From Alphaproteobacteria bacterium (lineage in GTDB: Bacteria > Pseudomonadota > Alphaproteobacteria > JAAXGF01), in contig CAUVXB020000001.1 in NCBI GenBank assembly GCA_963555825.3, positions 1,376,001 to 1,440,000 of the forward strand: 64,000 nucleotides of DNA, in the 5' to 3' direction. This document shows positions 52,294-61,556 of this stretch, piece after piece. Each line of letters starts with the position of its first letter. Within the stretch, counting starts at the first letter, position 1. The notes beneath the pieces were generated by a model. That model had not been told where the DNA came from. It did not search any database and saw only the letters and a program-made list of their open reading frames with translations. The position numbers and the translations under genes were made by a program.

Positions 52294-54741
52294 TCACACC
52301 TTCATGCGTTCGCTCTTGGGGTCGTACATCGGCCGCAGGCTCGCCTTGGCAGGCACGCGTTCGCCGGCGACTTCGATCTCGTAAGCGCCCGCGTTGACGA
52401 AGTCGGCGTCGACGCCATCGGCGTGGCCGACGTAGCCGAGGCCGATCGCCGTCCCCATGTGATGGCCGTAGTTGCCGGTCGTCAGGTAGCCGGCGACCGC
52501 GCCGTCGCGCCAGATCGGCTCGTTGTGGTAGAGCAGCGGCTCGGGGTCGCCGAGCGCGAACTGGACGAGCCGCTTGGTGACGCCATTCTCCTTTTGGCGC
52601 AACAGCGCATCGCGGCCGATGAACGGGATGTTCTTGTCGAAGCGGCAGGCGAAGCTCAGCCCGGCTTCGATCGGCGTGTCCTCGCCGGTGATGTCGTGGC
52701 CCCAGTGGCGGTAGGCCTTCTCGGTGCGTAGGCTGTCCATGGCGTGCATGCCGACCAGTTTGAGGTCGACGTCGGCGCCCGCCTCGGTGATTGCCTGAAA
52801 CACACCGCACGCATATTCGGTCGGCACGTAGAGCTCCCAGCCGAGCTCGCCGACGTAAGAAATGCGCGCGGCGCGCACCAGCGCATAGCCGATCTCGATC
52901 TGCTGCGCGGTGCCGAACGGGAAGGCCTCGTTGGAGAGGTCGGCGTCGGTGACGCGGCCGAGCAGCGCGCGGCTGTTCGGCCCCATGACGCTAATGACGG
53001 CTTCGCCCGAGGTGACGTCGGTGACGACGACGCGAGCGTCGTCGGCAATATGGCGCATCAGCCAAGTGTGGTCGTGCAGCGAGACGCCGGCGCCGGTCAC
53101 CACCATGAATACGGTCTCGGAAAGCCGGGTCACCGTCAAGTCGGCCTCGATGCCGCCCCGCTCGTTGAGCCACTGCGTGTAGACCAACCTGCCGTTCGGC
53201 ACGGCGACGTCGTTGGCGCAGATGCGCTGCAGCACGTCCTCGGCGTCGGCGCCCTGAACCAGGAACTTGGCAAACGAGGTCTGGTCAAGGAGGCCGACGT
53301 TGTCGCGCACCGCGCGGTGCTCGGCGGCCGAATAGTCGAACCAATTCGGGCGCTTGTAGCTATATTCGTACTTCGGCTCGACGCCCTCGGGCGCGTACCA
53401 GTTGGGCCGCTCCCAACCGGCAACCTCGCCGAAGCAGGCGCCGCGCGCCGCGTGGCACTCGTGCAAGGGCGAGGTACGCACGCCGCGGGCGGTCTCGGGC
53501 TGGCGATAGGGCCAGTGCATATCGTAGAGCAGGCCGAGAGATTCGGCGACCCGGTTGAACAGATAGCTGCGCGTGTTCTGGAACGGCTGCATGCGCAGGA
53601 TGTCGAGCTCCGAGAGGTCGATCGGCGCCGCGCCGCCGACGATCCATTCGGCGAGCACCTTGCCGGCGCCACCCGATGACTGGATGCCGATCGAGTTGAA
53701 GCCCGCGCCGACGAAGAAGTTGCGCAGACCCGGCGCCTCGCCGAGGTGGTAGCGGTTGTCGGGCGTGAAGCTCTCGGGGCCGTTGAAGAAGGTTTGGATA
53801 CCTGCGGTCTCGAGCGCCGGGATGCGGTGCATCGCGGCCTCGAGCACCGGCGCGAAGTGATCGAAGTCCTCGGGCAGCTGGTCGAACGAGAAGTCTTCGG
53901 GAATGCCGTCCATGCCCCACGGCTTGGCGTTGCGCTCGAAGGCGCCGATCAACAGCTTGCCGGCGTCTTCCTTGATATAGGCGCAGGCGTCCATGTCGCG
54001 CAGCACCGGCAGGTCGGACGGCAGATCGGCGATCGGCTCGGTGACAACGTAGAAGTGCTCGCAGGCGTGCAGCGGTACGTCGACGCCGCACATCAGCCCG
54101 ACGTCGCGCGCCCACATGCCGGCGCAGTTGACGACGACCTCGCAGGCGATCTCGCCGCGCGTCGTCGCGACGCCCGTGACCCGGCCGTTCTTGTGGTGCA
54201 CCGCGGTGACCTTGGTGTCCTCGAAGATCGCCGCGCCGCCCATGCGCGCGCCCTTGGCGATCGCCATCGTCGTGTCGGCCGGGTTGGTCTGGCCGTCGTT
54301 AGGGAAGTAAATGGCACCCAACAGGTCGTCGGCGTTGAGAATCGGGTAGAGCGCCTTGGCCTCCTCGGGCGTGACCAGCCGGACCTCGACGCCGCATGTC
54401 TTGGCGAGATCGGCGCCGCGCCGGTGCTCCTCCCAACGCGCTTCGTTGTTGGCGATGCCGAGGCTGCCGTTCTGCTTGAGGCCCGTCGCCTGGCCGGTCT
54501 CGGCCTCGAGCCCCTGGAACAGCTCCATTGAATACTTGGCGAGCCGTGTCAGTGTGTAGCTGCCGATCATCTCGCGCACCAGGCCTGCCGCGTGCCACGT
54601 CGTGCCACTGGTGAGCCGCTTGCGCTCGACCAGCGCGACGTCGGTCCAGCCGAGCTTGGTGAGATGATAGGCGACGCTGCAGCCGACGATGCCGCCGCCG
54701 ATGATGACCACGCGCGCGTGGCTCGAAAATTCCTTGGCCAT
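52294..54741 (-). CDS. GcvT-family dimethylglycine/sarcosine dehydrogenase-like flavoprotein
   Basis: IGGGIVG, SGTTWHAAG, NGPESFTPD, GWERPNWY, ISYVGELGWEL and SLRTEK motifs. Confidence 0.93.
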   Translation of the reverse strand: MAKEFSSHARVVIIGGGIVGCSVAYHLTKLGWTDVALVERKRLTSGTTWHAAGLVREMIGSYTLTRLAKYSMELFQGLEAETGQATGLKQNGSLGIANNEARWEEHRRGADLAKTCGVEVRLVTPEEAKALYPILNADDLLGAIYFPNDGQTNPADTTMAIAKGARMGGAAIFEDTKVTAVHHKNGRVTGVATTRGEIACEVVVNCAGMWARDVGLMCGVDVPLHACEHFYVVTEPIADLPSDLPVLRDMDACAYIKEDAGKLLIGAFERNAKPWGMDGIPEDFSFDQLPEDFDHFAPVLEAAMHRIPALETAGIQTFFNGPESFTPDNRYHLGEAPGLRNFFVGAGFNSIGIQSSGGAGKVLAEWIVGGAAPIDLSELDILRMQPFQNTRSYLFNRVAESLGLLYDMHWPYRQPETARGVRTSPLHECHAARGACFGEVAGWERPNWYAPEGVEPKYEYSYKRPNWFDYSAAEHRAVRDNVGLLDQTSFAKFLVQGADAEDVLQRICANDVAVPNGRLVYTQWLNERGGIEADLTVTRLSETVFMVVTGAGVSLHDHTWLMRHIADDARVVVTDVTSGEAVISVMGPNSRALLGRVTDADLSNEAFPFGTAQQIEIGYALVRAARISYVGELGWELYVPTEYACGVFQAITEAGADVDLKLVGMHAMDSLRTEKAYRHWGHDITGEDTPIEAGLSFACRFDKNIPFIGRDALLRQKENGVTKRLVQFALGDPEPLLYHNEPIWRDGAVAGYLTTGNYGHHMGTAIGLGYVGHADGVDADFVNAGAYEIEVAGERVPAKASLRPMYDPKSERMKV

Positions 54742-54841
54742 GACCCTCCCCTTGGTCCCACCCGATCGCGACTGGACCGTATGGTTGGTATGCGGTTCGG
54801 GGCACTCGACGCAAGTGGAAATTTTGTCGTCCAGCGGTCAT

Positions 54842-55387
54842 CCCGGAATTCTCACCATGGACAGGTGCGGCACGGCGGATATCGGACGACAGGCTAGGAA
54901 AAGCGCGCCGCGCGATGCCAGTACTCCCTTGCACGATTCCACGGCACGTAGGATCCCGTTTCCTCGGCAGTCGGGGGCGTGACGGCGATGCCTTGGCATC
55001 GCAGAGCGTTCTCGACGCCCCGAGGGGGCGGGAAACGCGACCCGCAGGGCGGCCTTGCGCGGCCGCCGGCGGCGTTGCCCGGCGCTTGCGATGCGCCCAG
55101 CATCACGGCCCCGCCGGGCGCCTTGCCGGACGACCGCGCAAGGCCGTCCTACGTACCGTGGAATCGTGCAAGTGAGTACTCGCGCATCGGGCAAGCGCCT
55201 TGACGCGGCCTGTCGTCCGAGATCCGCCGCCCTTAAGGGTCGCGCCGGGCGGGGCGTGCGCGGCGTCGAAGGTCTTGCGCTAGGTTGTGGCCGGCGACGT
55301 AGCCCAGGCTACGCTCGGCGGCCTTCTCCTGGCGGATCGGCGACCGCCCGACGCGATGACGCGCCTGTCCATGGTGAGATGGCCGGG
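54842..55387. repeat. branched palindromic non-coding element A (outer, ~285 bp without the nested element)
   Basis: TIR CCCGG..TCTCACCATGGACAGG / CCTGTCCATGGTGAGA..CCGGG, arm 1 GCGGATATCGGACGACAGGC / GCCTGTCGTCCGAGATCCGC, linker CCCTTAAGGG, arm 2 at 55240-55356. Confidence 0.8.
54920..55180. repeat. branched palindromic non-coding element B (nested in A)
   Basis: 34-bp TIR AGTACTCCCTTGCACGATTCCACGGCACGTAGGA (2 mismatches), two arms, CCCGCAGGG linker. Confidence 0.88.
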
Positions 55388-55395
55388 CTAGCAGG

Positions 55396-56118
55396 CTAGC
55401 GCGCGGTGTCGCCGCTCCACTGATCGGGATCGACAGCCGACGCATACTCCTCGAGCCGGCTCCGGTCCCGGATGTAGAGGCTCTTGCTTTTGCGTTCGAC
55501 GACGCCCGCGGCGGCGAGCTGGCCGATGGTGCGCGCCACCGTCTCGCGCGTCGTGCTCGCCTGGCTGGCGATCTCTTTTTGCGTCGGCATCGGCCAGATG
55601 AGCCAGCCGTCTGAACCGCCGGGATCCGGATTCGCCAATTGCAGCAGTTCGAGGCAGACGCGCTGCACCGCGCCCAGGGTGCTGAGATCCATGATCCGGT
55701 CGTCGCAGGCGCGGACGATGCGCGCCAGCCGCAACAAGAGGCTCTTGGCGAGTTCCGGGTGATCGACGACGAGCTGGTTGAAGAGCTGCGGCGCCATGGT
55801 CGCGACCAGGCAGTCGTCGGCGGCGACGACGTTGGCCGAGCGTGGCTGCGCGTCGATCGCGGCGAGTTCGCCGAAATAGCTGCCCGACGGAATGCGCGCC
55901 AGCGCGATCTTGCGGCCGCTCACCGAATAGTTGACGACCTGGACCGTGCCGCGAACGACGAAGTAGACGTCGCGGTCCTCGCTGTCCTGATCGAGGATGT
56001 TGTCGTTGGCACCGAAGCGGCGCCAGATGCACTGGCGTTCGATGGCGCGCAGCTCGTCGGGCGCAAGCGTCTCGAATAGGCGAATGCCATCGAGACGTTG
56101 ATCCTGCTCCGACGCCAC
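55396..56118 (-). CDS. Crp/Fnr-family transcriptional regulator
   Basis: FGELAAID..PRSA cNMP motif and HTH PTQKEIA...TTRETVAR. GGGAGG RBS. Confidence 0.92.
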   Translation of the reverse strand: MASEQDQRLDGIRLFETLAPDELRAIERQCIWRRFGANDNILDQDSEDRDVYFVVRGTVQVVNYSVSGRKIALARIPSGSYFGELAAIDAQPRSANVVAADDCLVATMAPQLFNQLVVDHPELAKSLLLRLARIVRACDDRIMDLSTLGAVQRVCLELLQLANPDPGGSDGWLIWPMPTQKEIASQASTTRETVARTIGQLAAAGVVERKSKSLYIRDRSRLEEYASAVDPDQWSGDTAR

Positions 56119-56122
56119 GTCG

Positions 56123-56578
56123 CTAGCCTCCCTGTTCACTGCTAAGTTCGACGATTCGATTGTTTGTCGTGCGAATCATCTGGGTCAGCCGCCGCAACAG
56201 ATGCGTGGCGAGTTCGGGGTGTACCAGGATCAACTGGTTGAACCTGTTCGCCGACATCCGCGCGACCAACGAGTCCTCGATCGCGATGACGCTCGCCGAG
56301 CGGGTCTCGCCGTCGATCGCGGAGAGCTCGCCGAAGAAGTCGCCGGCTTCGATCCTGGCGAAACTGATCTTGTCGCCGTCGGTAGTGTAGCTGACCGCCT
56401 CGACCGCGCCCGAGACGATGAAAAAGACGTCGTTCTCGTCGCTGTCACGCTCGAGCACGACATCGTCGATGTCACATTCACGCCACCGACACGCATTTTC
56501 CAATTCACGCAAGGCGTCGCCGGGCAATGCCGAAAACAGCTCGATGCCATCGAGACGGAAGTTCGGTTCATCTTGCAC
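56123..56578 (-). CDS. stand-alone cyclic-nucleotide-binding domain protein
   Basis: FFGELSAIDGETRSAS motif. Ends after the C-helix with no HTH. Confidence 0.88.
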   Translation of the reverse strand: MQDEPNFRLDGIELFSALPGDALRELENACRWRECDIDDVVLERDSDENDVFFIVSGAVEAVSYTTDGDKISFARIEAGDFFGELSAIDGETRSASVIAIEDSLVARMSANRFNQLILVHPELATHLLRRLTQMIRTTNNRIVELSSEQGG

Positions 56579-56872
56579 GTTACGCGCCTCTCCAACCCAC
56601 TAGTGGATAGAATGCCACAGATAAACCGAAATTGCGGCCGTGAAATTTTCAGTTGGCCGGAAACATCGGCGGGATGATGTGAATTGAACCCGCCCGGTTG
56701 GTTTGATTCCAACGCGTCACCGTGGTATTCGAAGGTCAGCCAGATGCGTCCATGGTATCACTAGCGTCAGCCGTTTCGATCATGGCGCTTTGAGCCGATT
56801 CGAGGTCGTCGGAACATCTTAATCCCGGCGTTGAAAGCGGCCTCGCCGAGGACGCGATCGAGGAGATCGAAG

Positions 56873-57307
56873 ATGTACGTTGCCGACATACTGAACGCCA
56901 AGGGAACCGAAGTGATCGCGACTGGCCCCACCGATACGGTGGCGGCGACGGCAGGCCTCTTGAACAATCGGCGCATCGGCGCGGTGCTCGTGCGCGACGG
57001 CGAGGATAATGTGATCGGTGTCATCTCGGAACGCGACATCATTCGCGGCATCGCCGTCAACGGCGCCCGCGCGCTCGACATGGAGGTGCGCGAGTTGATG
57101 ACCAGCGAGGTCGTCTCGTGCAAGCCGACCGACACCATCTCCGAAGTCATGCGGGTCATGACGACGCACCGCTTCCGCCATCTGCCGGTGATGGACGACG
57201 GCACGCTCAAGGGAATGATCAGCATCGGCGACGTGGTGAAGTACCGTCTCGAGGAAACCGAGGCGGAGGCTCGCGTCCTGCGCGACTACGTCATCGCGAG
57301 CCGCTGA
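56873..57307 (+). CDS. CBS-domain protein
   Basis: RIGAVLV, GVISERD, RFRHLPV and GMISIGDVVK motifs. GAGGAG RBS. Confidence 0.92.
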   Translation: MYVADILNAKGTEVIATGPTDTVAATAGLLNNRRIGAVLVRDGEDNVIGVISERDIIRGIAVNGARALDMEVRELMTSEVVSCKPTDTISEVMRVMTTHRFRHLPVMDDGTLKGMISIGDVVKYRLEETEAEARVLRDYVIASR

Positions 57308-57389
57308 GCCATACCGGCTTACGACGCCGCGTCACTTTGGGTTGCATCGCGGTTCGAGCAAGGCGACGGCGCAGGCATTCGGATTGATC

Positions 57390-58214
57390 ATGAGCAATAC
57401 TGTTGATTTCGTCGACCTCGACGATCTCGTCTCGACTATCAATTCGGGCGCGACGCTCGCCGTGCCGCCCGATTACAGCGGCGTCGCGATGGCCGCGACA
57501 CGCGCGCTGATCCGGCGCGGCGTCGAACGGCTGAACCTCGTCGCCTGCCCGACCAGTGGACTTCAGGCCGACATGCTGATCGGCGCGGGGTGCGTCGCAA
57601 CGCTCGAGGCGGCCGCGGTCAGCCTGGGCGAGTTCGGCGCCGCGCCACGCTTCGGCCAAGCGATCCGCTCGGGCGCCATCGCCATGAAGGACGCCACCTG
57701 CCCGGCGATCCACGCCGGGCTGCAGGCCGCCGAGAAGGGCGTGCCATTCCTGCCGCTCCGGGGCATCATCGGCACCGACGTGTTGGCGTATCGGCCCGAC
57801 TGGCGGGTGATCGACAACCCCTTCGCCGCGGACGATCCGATTGTCGCCCTGCCCGCGATCACGCCCGACGTCGCGCTATTCCACGCGCCGCTCGGCGACC
57901 GCCACGGCAACGTCTGGATCGGCCGGCGGCGCGAGGTGGTGACCATGGCGCACGCCGCGAAGTCGACTCTGGTCACGGTCGAGGCGGTCTACGATGGCGA
58001 CCTGCTGGCCGACGAGCGCATGGCGGCCGGTACCTTGACGCCGCTCTACGTCTCGGCGGTGGCCGTCGAGCCGCGCGGCGCTTGGCCCCTGGCGCTGTGG
58101 GACAGCTACCCCGCCGATGCCGAACACCTCGCCGAATACATACGACTCGCCGAGAGCGACGAGGGCTTCGCCAGCTACCTTACGCGCCACGCGTCGCGCG
58201 ACGCCGCCGCCTAG
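57390..58214 (+). CDS. CoA-transferase subunit A (family I, glutaconate/3-oxoadipate-like)
   Basis: ADMLIGAGCV, GVPFLPLRG and PDVALFHA..GD..GN motifs. Confidence 0.85.
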   Translation: MSNTVDFVDLDDLVSTINSGATLAVPPDYSGVAMAATRALIRRGVERLNLVACPTSGLQADMLIGAGCVATLEAAAVSLGEFGAAPRFGQAIRSGAIAMKDATCPAIHAGLQAAEKGVPFLPLRGIIGTDVLAYRPDWRVIDNPFAADDPIVALPAITPDVALFHAPLGDRHGNVWIGRRREVVTMAHAAKSTLVTVEAVYDGDLLADERMAAGTLTPLYVSAVAVEPRGAWPLALWDSYPADAEHLAEYIRLAESDEGFASYLTRHASRDAAA

Positions 58215-58221
58215 CTGAAAC

Positions 58222-58489
58222 TAGTGGATAAAATCCAACATATGGTACCCATACGATCCCATATCCCGGTTTCTCGGCAGGAGAGCGCCCGCCGGCGATG
58301 CCGAAGCATCGGCAAGGGCGTTCGACGCCCCGAGAAGCCGGAATATGGGACCCGAAGGGCGGCGTCCCAAGGCCGCCGGACGCGTTGCCCAATGCTCGTG
58401 ATGCTCCAGCATCACTGCACATCGGGCGCCTTTCCGGACGACCTTGGGACGCCGTCGTATGGCTACCATATGTTGGATTCTATCCACTA
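58222..58489. repeat. branched palindromic non-coding element C
   Basis: 35-bp TIR TAGTGGATA(A/G)AATCCAACATATGGTA(C/G)CCATACGA, two arms, CCCGAAGGG linker, flanked by CTAG / CTAA. Confidence 0.88.
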
Positions 58490-58494
58490 ACCGC

Positions 58495-59250
58495 GTGCCA
58501 TTCCGTCCCGAAGAACTGCTCGTCACCGTTCTCGCGCGCCTGCTGGAGGGCGCGCGGCACGTCGCGGTCGGCGCGTCGTCGCCGATCCCGGGCACCGCGG
58601 CCTTGCTGGCGCGCGCGCTTTCGGGCGGCGCCATGCGTGTCACCGTGCTCGGCAGTCTGCGCCACAACGCCTTCACCGACGGCGCGCGCGAGCTGTTCGA
58701 CTGCGCCGCCCAGGGCCGCATCGACGCCTTCTTCCTGGGCGGCGGGCAAATCGACGGCGCGGCCAACGTCAACCTGGTCGGCACCGGCGTCTATCCGCGC
58801 ACCGAGGTGCGCTTTCCGGGCAGTTTCGGCTCGTCCTACCTCTACTTCTTGATCCCGCGCGTCATCTTGTTTCGCGAGGAGCACGACCCGCGGGTCCTTG
58901 TGCCCAAGGTCGATTTCATCAGCGCGCCGGGCACCAGCGCACGAGGCGTCTACCGGCGCGGCGGGCCGATCGCGCTGGTCACCGGGCGCGCCGCCTTCTC
59001 TTTCGACCGCGAGCGCCGCCGTTTCCGCCTCGAGACGGTCCATCCGGGCCACGGCGTCGAGGCGGTGATCGCGGCGACGGGTTTCGATTTTGACCACGCG
59101 CCCACGATCGACGAGACACCGCCGCCGACGGCGGAAATTTTGGCATTGATTCGCGGGCCGGTCGGTGAACAAATCGCCGAGACCTATCCGCGCTTCGCGG
59201 CCAAGCTATTCGCACCCGCTGCGGCGTCCGCCGCCTCATCAACGGAGTGA
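58495..59250 (+). CDS. CoA-transferase subunit B
   Basis: FFLGGGQIDG.ANVNL, RFPGSFGS and VDFISAPG motifs. Start uncertain because element C sits at the 5' end. Confidence 0.82.
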   Translation: MPFRPEELLVTVLARLLEGARHVAVGASSPIPGTAALLARALSGGAMRVTVLGSLRHNAFTDGARELFDCAAQGRIDAFFLGGGQIDGAANVNLVGTGVYPRTEVRFPGSFGSSYLYFLIPRVILFREEHDPRVLVPKVDFISAPGTSARGVYRRGGPIALVTGRAAFSFDRERRRFRLETVHPGHGVEAVIAATGFDFDHAPTIDETPPPTAEILALIRGPVGEQIAETYPRFAAKLFAPAAASAASSTE

Positions 59251-59252
59251 CC

Positions 59253-60461
59253 ATGACGACGAACGCCGGTGGCGCCCTCGACGGCATCCGCATCATCGAC
59301 CTGACCCGCGTGCTCGGCGGCCCGTTCTGTACCCAGTTCCTGGGTGACCACGGCGCCGAGATCATCAAGATCGAGCCGCCGCAAGGCGACGAGACGCGCG
59401 ATTGGGGGCCGCCGTTCCGGGGCGACGCCAGCTCGTACTTCACCGGCGTCAATCGCAACAAGCGGAGTGTCGGCCTCGACCTGTCCAAGCCCGAGGGCCG
59501 CGAGGTGCTGCTGCGTCTGCTCGCCGACGCCGACATCATGGTCGAGAACTACAAGACCGGCACACTCGAGAAATGGGGCATCGGTTACGAACAGGTCCTG
59601 GCGGAACGATTCCCACGCCTGATCCACTGCCGCATCAGCGGCTTCGGCGCCGACGGACCGCTCGGCGGCCTGCCCGGCTACGACGCCGCCATCCAGGCCT
59701 GCACCGGCATGATGAGCATGAACGGCACGGCCGAGTCGGGACCGATTCGCGTTGGCACGCCAATCGTCGACATCGGCACCGGGTTGATCGCCGCCAACGG
59801 CATCCTCATGGCGCTCCACGAGCGCACGCGCTCGGGGCTCGGCCAGTTCGTCGAGGCGTCGCTCTACGACGGTTCGATCAGTCTGCTTCATCCGCAGGCG
59901 GCGAACTGGTTCATGTCGGGCAAGCTGCCCGAGCTGATCGGCAACTCGCACCCCAACATCTGTCCCTACGACCAGTTCCCGACGGCGACGTGCGGCGTCT
60001 TCCTGGCGATCGGCAACGACCGCCAGTTCGGCCGGCTTTGCGCCGAGCTGGGCCGCCCCGAGCTGGCCGACGACGCGCGCTTCGCGTCCAATGCCGACCG
60101 GGTCGGCAATCGGCCGACGCTCAACGCCGAGATCGAAACGCTGCTCGCCGATATGAACGGCGAGGCGCTCTGCACGAAGCTGCTCGGCCTGGGCGTGCCC
60201 TGCGGGCCGGTGCTCGACGTCGCGCAGGTCATGAACCACCCACACACGATCCACCGCGAGATGGTCGTCGAGATGGGCGAGTACCGGGGCACCGGAGTGC
60301 CGGCCAAGCTGTCGCGCACGCCGGGTTCGGCCAAGAGCGTGCCGCCGGCCTTCGGCGAGCACGGCCGCGCGGTGCTCGCCGAGGCAGGCTACAGCGACGG
60401 CGAGATCGACGCGCTGACCGCCTCGGGCGCGCTGGTCGTCGAACGCCGCCGCATGCGTTGA
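59253..60461 (+). CDS. CaiB/BaiF family III CoA-transferase
   Basis: IIDLTRVLGGP, NRNKRS, ENYK and PGYD motifs. Confidence 0.93.
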   Translation: MTTNAGGALDGIRIIDLTRVLGGPFCTQFLGDHGAEIIKIEPPQGDETRDWGPPFRGDASSYFTGVNRNKRSVGLDLSKPEGREVLLRLLADADIMVENYKTGTLEKWGIGYEQVLAERFPRLIHCRISGFGADGPLGGLPGYDAAIQACTGMMSMNGTAESGPIRVGTPIVDIGTGLIAANGILMALHERTRSGLGQFVEASLYDGSISLLHPQAANWFMSGKLPELIGNSHPNICPYDQFPTATCGVFLAIGNDRQFGRLCAELGRPELADDARFASNADRVGNRPTLNAEIETLLADMNGEALCTKLLGLGVPCGPVLDVAQVMNHPHTIHREMVVEMGEYRGTGVPAKLSRTPGSAKSVPPAFGEHGRAVLAEAGYSDGEIDALTASGALVVERRRMR

Positions 60462-60520
60462 CACCGGACCGGCCGACCGGCTACCTGTCGCACAGATCGC
60501 TTGGAAGGAGAGAACGCTCG

Positions 60521-61519
60521 ATGGCCATGGACCACATCTACAGCATGACGGTGAAGATGTTCGGCTCGCACCCCGAGCCGGCGTTCGAGACGTCCGAGCA
60601 GCTCGAGGCCCACTGGGGCCGCCGTTGGGGTTGCGACAACGACGTCGGGCAGCTGCGCGCCGTGCTGATGCACCGTCCCGGTTCAGAATTCGACGTCATC
60701 GATCCGAACAAGCGGATCGAGGAAATCGGCTCATACGGCGACGTCGAGGAGGGCTGGTACTTCCAGAGCGAAGAGATCCCCAAGCTGGCCGACATGCAGG
60801 CGCAGCACGACGCGCTGGCCCGGAGGCTGCGCGACGAGGGCGCCGAGGTGATCATGGTCGAGGGCGTCGGCGGCAACCGCTTCAAGTCGTGCTACACGCG
60901 CGACTCGTCGTTCGCCGTCAAGGGCGGCACGATCGTCTGCCGGCTGGCGCCCCGGATGCGCCGCGGCGAGGAGCAGCCGGTCACCCGGACGCTGGCCAAG
61001 ATCGGCATGCCGATCCTGCGCACGATCCACGGTAACGGCATGGTCGAAGGCGGCAGCTTCGCCTGGCTGAATTCGAAGACGGCGGCCATCGGCCGTTCGA
61101 TCCGCATCAACGACGAGGGCATCGCGCAAGTCGCCGACGTGCTGAACCGCCAGGGCGTCGAGTTGATCACCGTCGATCTGCGCGGCTACTCGATCCACAT
61201 CGACGGCGCGCTTCTGATGGTCGACGTCGATCTGGCGCTGATCTCGGCCGACGGGCTGACCTACCAGTTCCTCGAGCAACTCAAGGCGCTCAATATCCGC
61301 ACCGTCGAGATCACGCCCGAGGACAACCCCTGGATCATCAACGGCCTCGCGGTCCGGCCCGGCCGCGTGGTCATGCCGCCGGGCATCTCGGACCGGACCC
61401 GCGACGCGCTCGACAAGTACCAGGTCGAGATCGTCGAGCTGCCCTACGACCGCATGCACCCGAACGGCGGCGGCATCCACTGCTCGACCTGCCCGCTGGT
61501 CCGCGATTCGGTCAATTAG
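60521..61519 (+). CDS. amidinotransferase/arginine deiminase/DDAH-family protein
   Basis: YTRD, RRGEE, EGGS, HID and GGGIHCST motifs. Confidence 0.9.
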   Translation: MAMDHIYSMTVKMFGSHPEPAFETSEQLEAHWGRRWGCDNDVGQLRAVLMHRPGSEFDVIDPNKRIEEIGSYGDVEEGWYFQSEEIPKLADMQAQHDALARRLRDEGAEVIMVEGVGGNRFKSCYTRDSSFAVKGGTIVCRLAPRMRRGEEQPVTRTLAKIGMPILRTIHGNGMVEGGSFAWLNSKTAAIGRSIRINDEGIAQVADVLNRQGVELITVDLRGYSIHIDGALLMVDVDLALISADGLTYQFLEQLKALNIRTVEITPEDNPWIINGLAVRPGRVVMPPGISDRTRDALDKYQVEIVELPYDRMHPNGGGIHCSTCPLVRDSVN

Positions 61520-61520
61520 A

Positions 61521-61556
61521 GCTATATCCGACCGGCCTCAGTCGGTCGGATTTAGC
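61521..61556. terminator. hairpin immediately after the amidinotransferase stop
   Basis: GCTATATCCGACCGGC-CTCA-GTCGGTCGGATTTAGC with a weak U-tract. Could instead be a short palindromic repeat. Confidence 0.4.

Noticed and set aside
56597-56613. CCACTAGTGGATAGAAT resembling the terminus of element C
   Set aside because: Only ~14 bp match with no partner arm. It may be a remnant but cannot be supported.
59402-61519. 705-aa ORF suggesting a large fusion; likewise the extended 551, 641, 645 and 395 aa ORFs
   Set aside because: The N-terminal parts are Arg/Pro-rich alternative frames over neighbouring genes. Real starts lie downstream.
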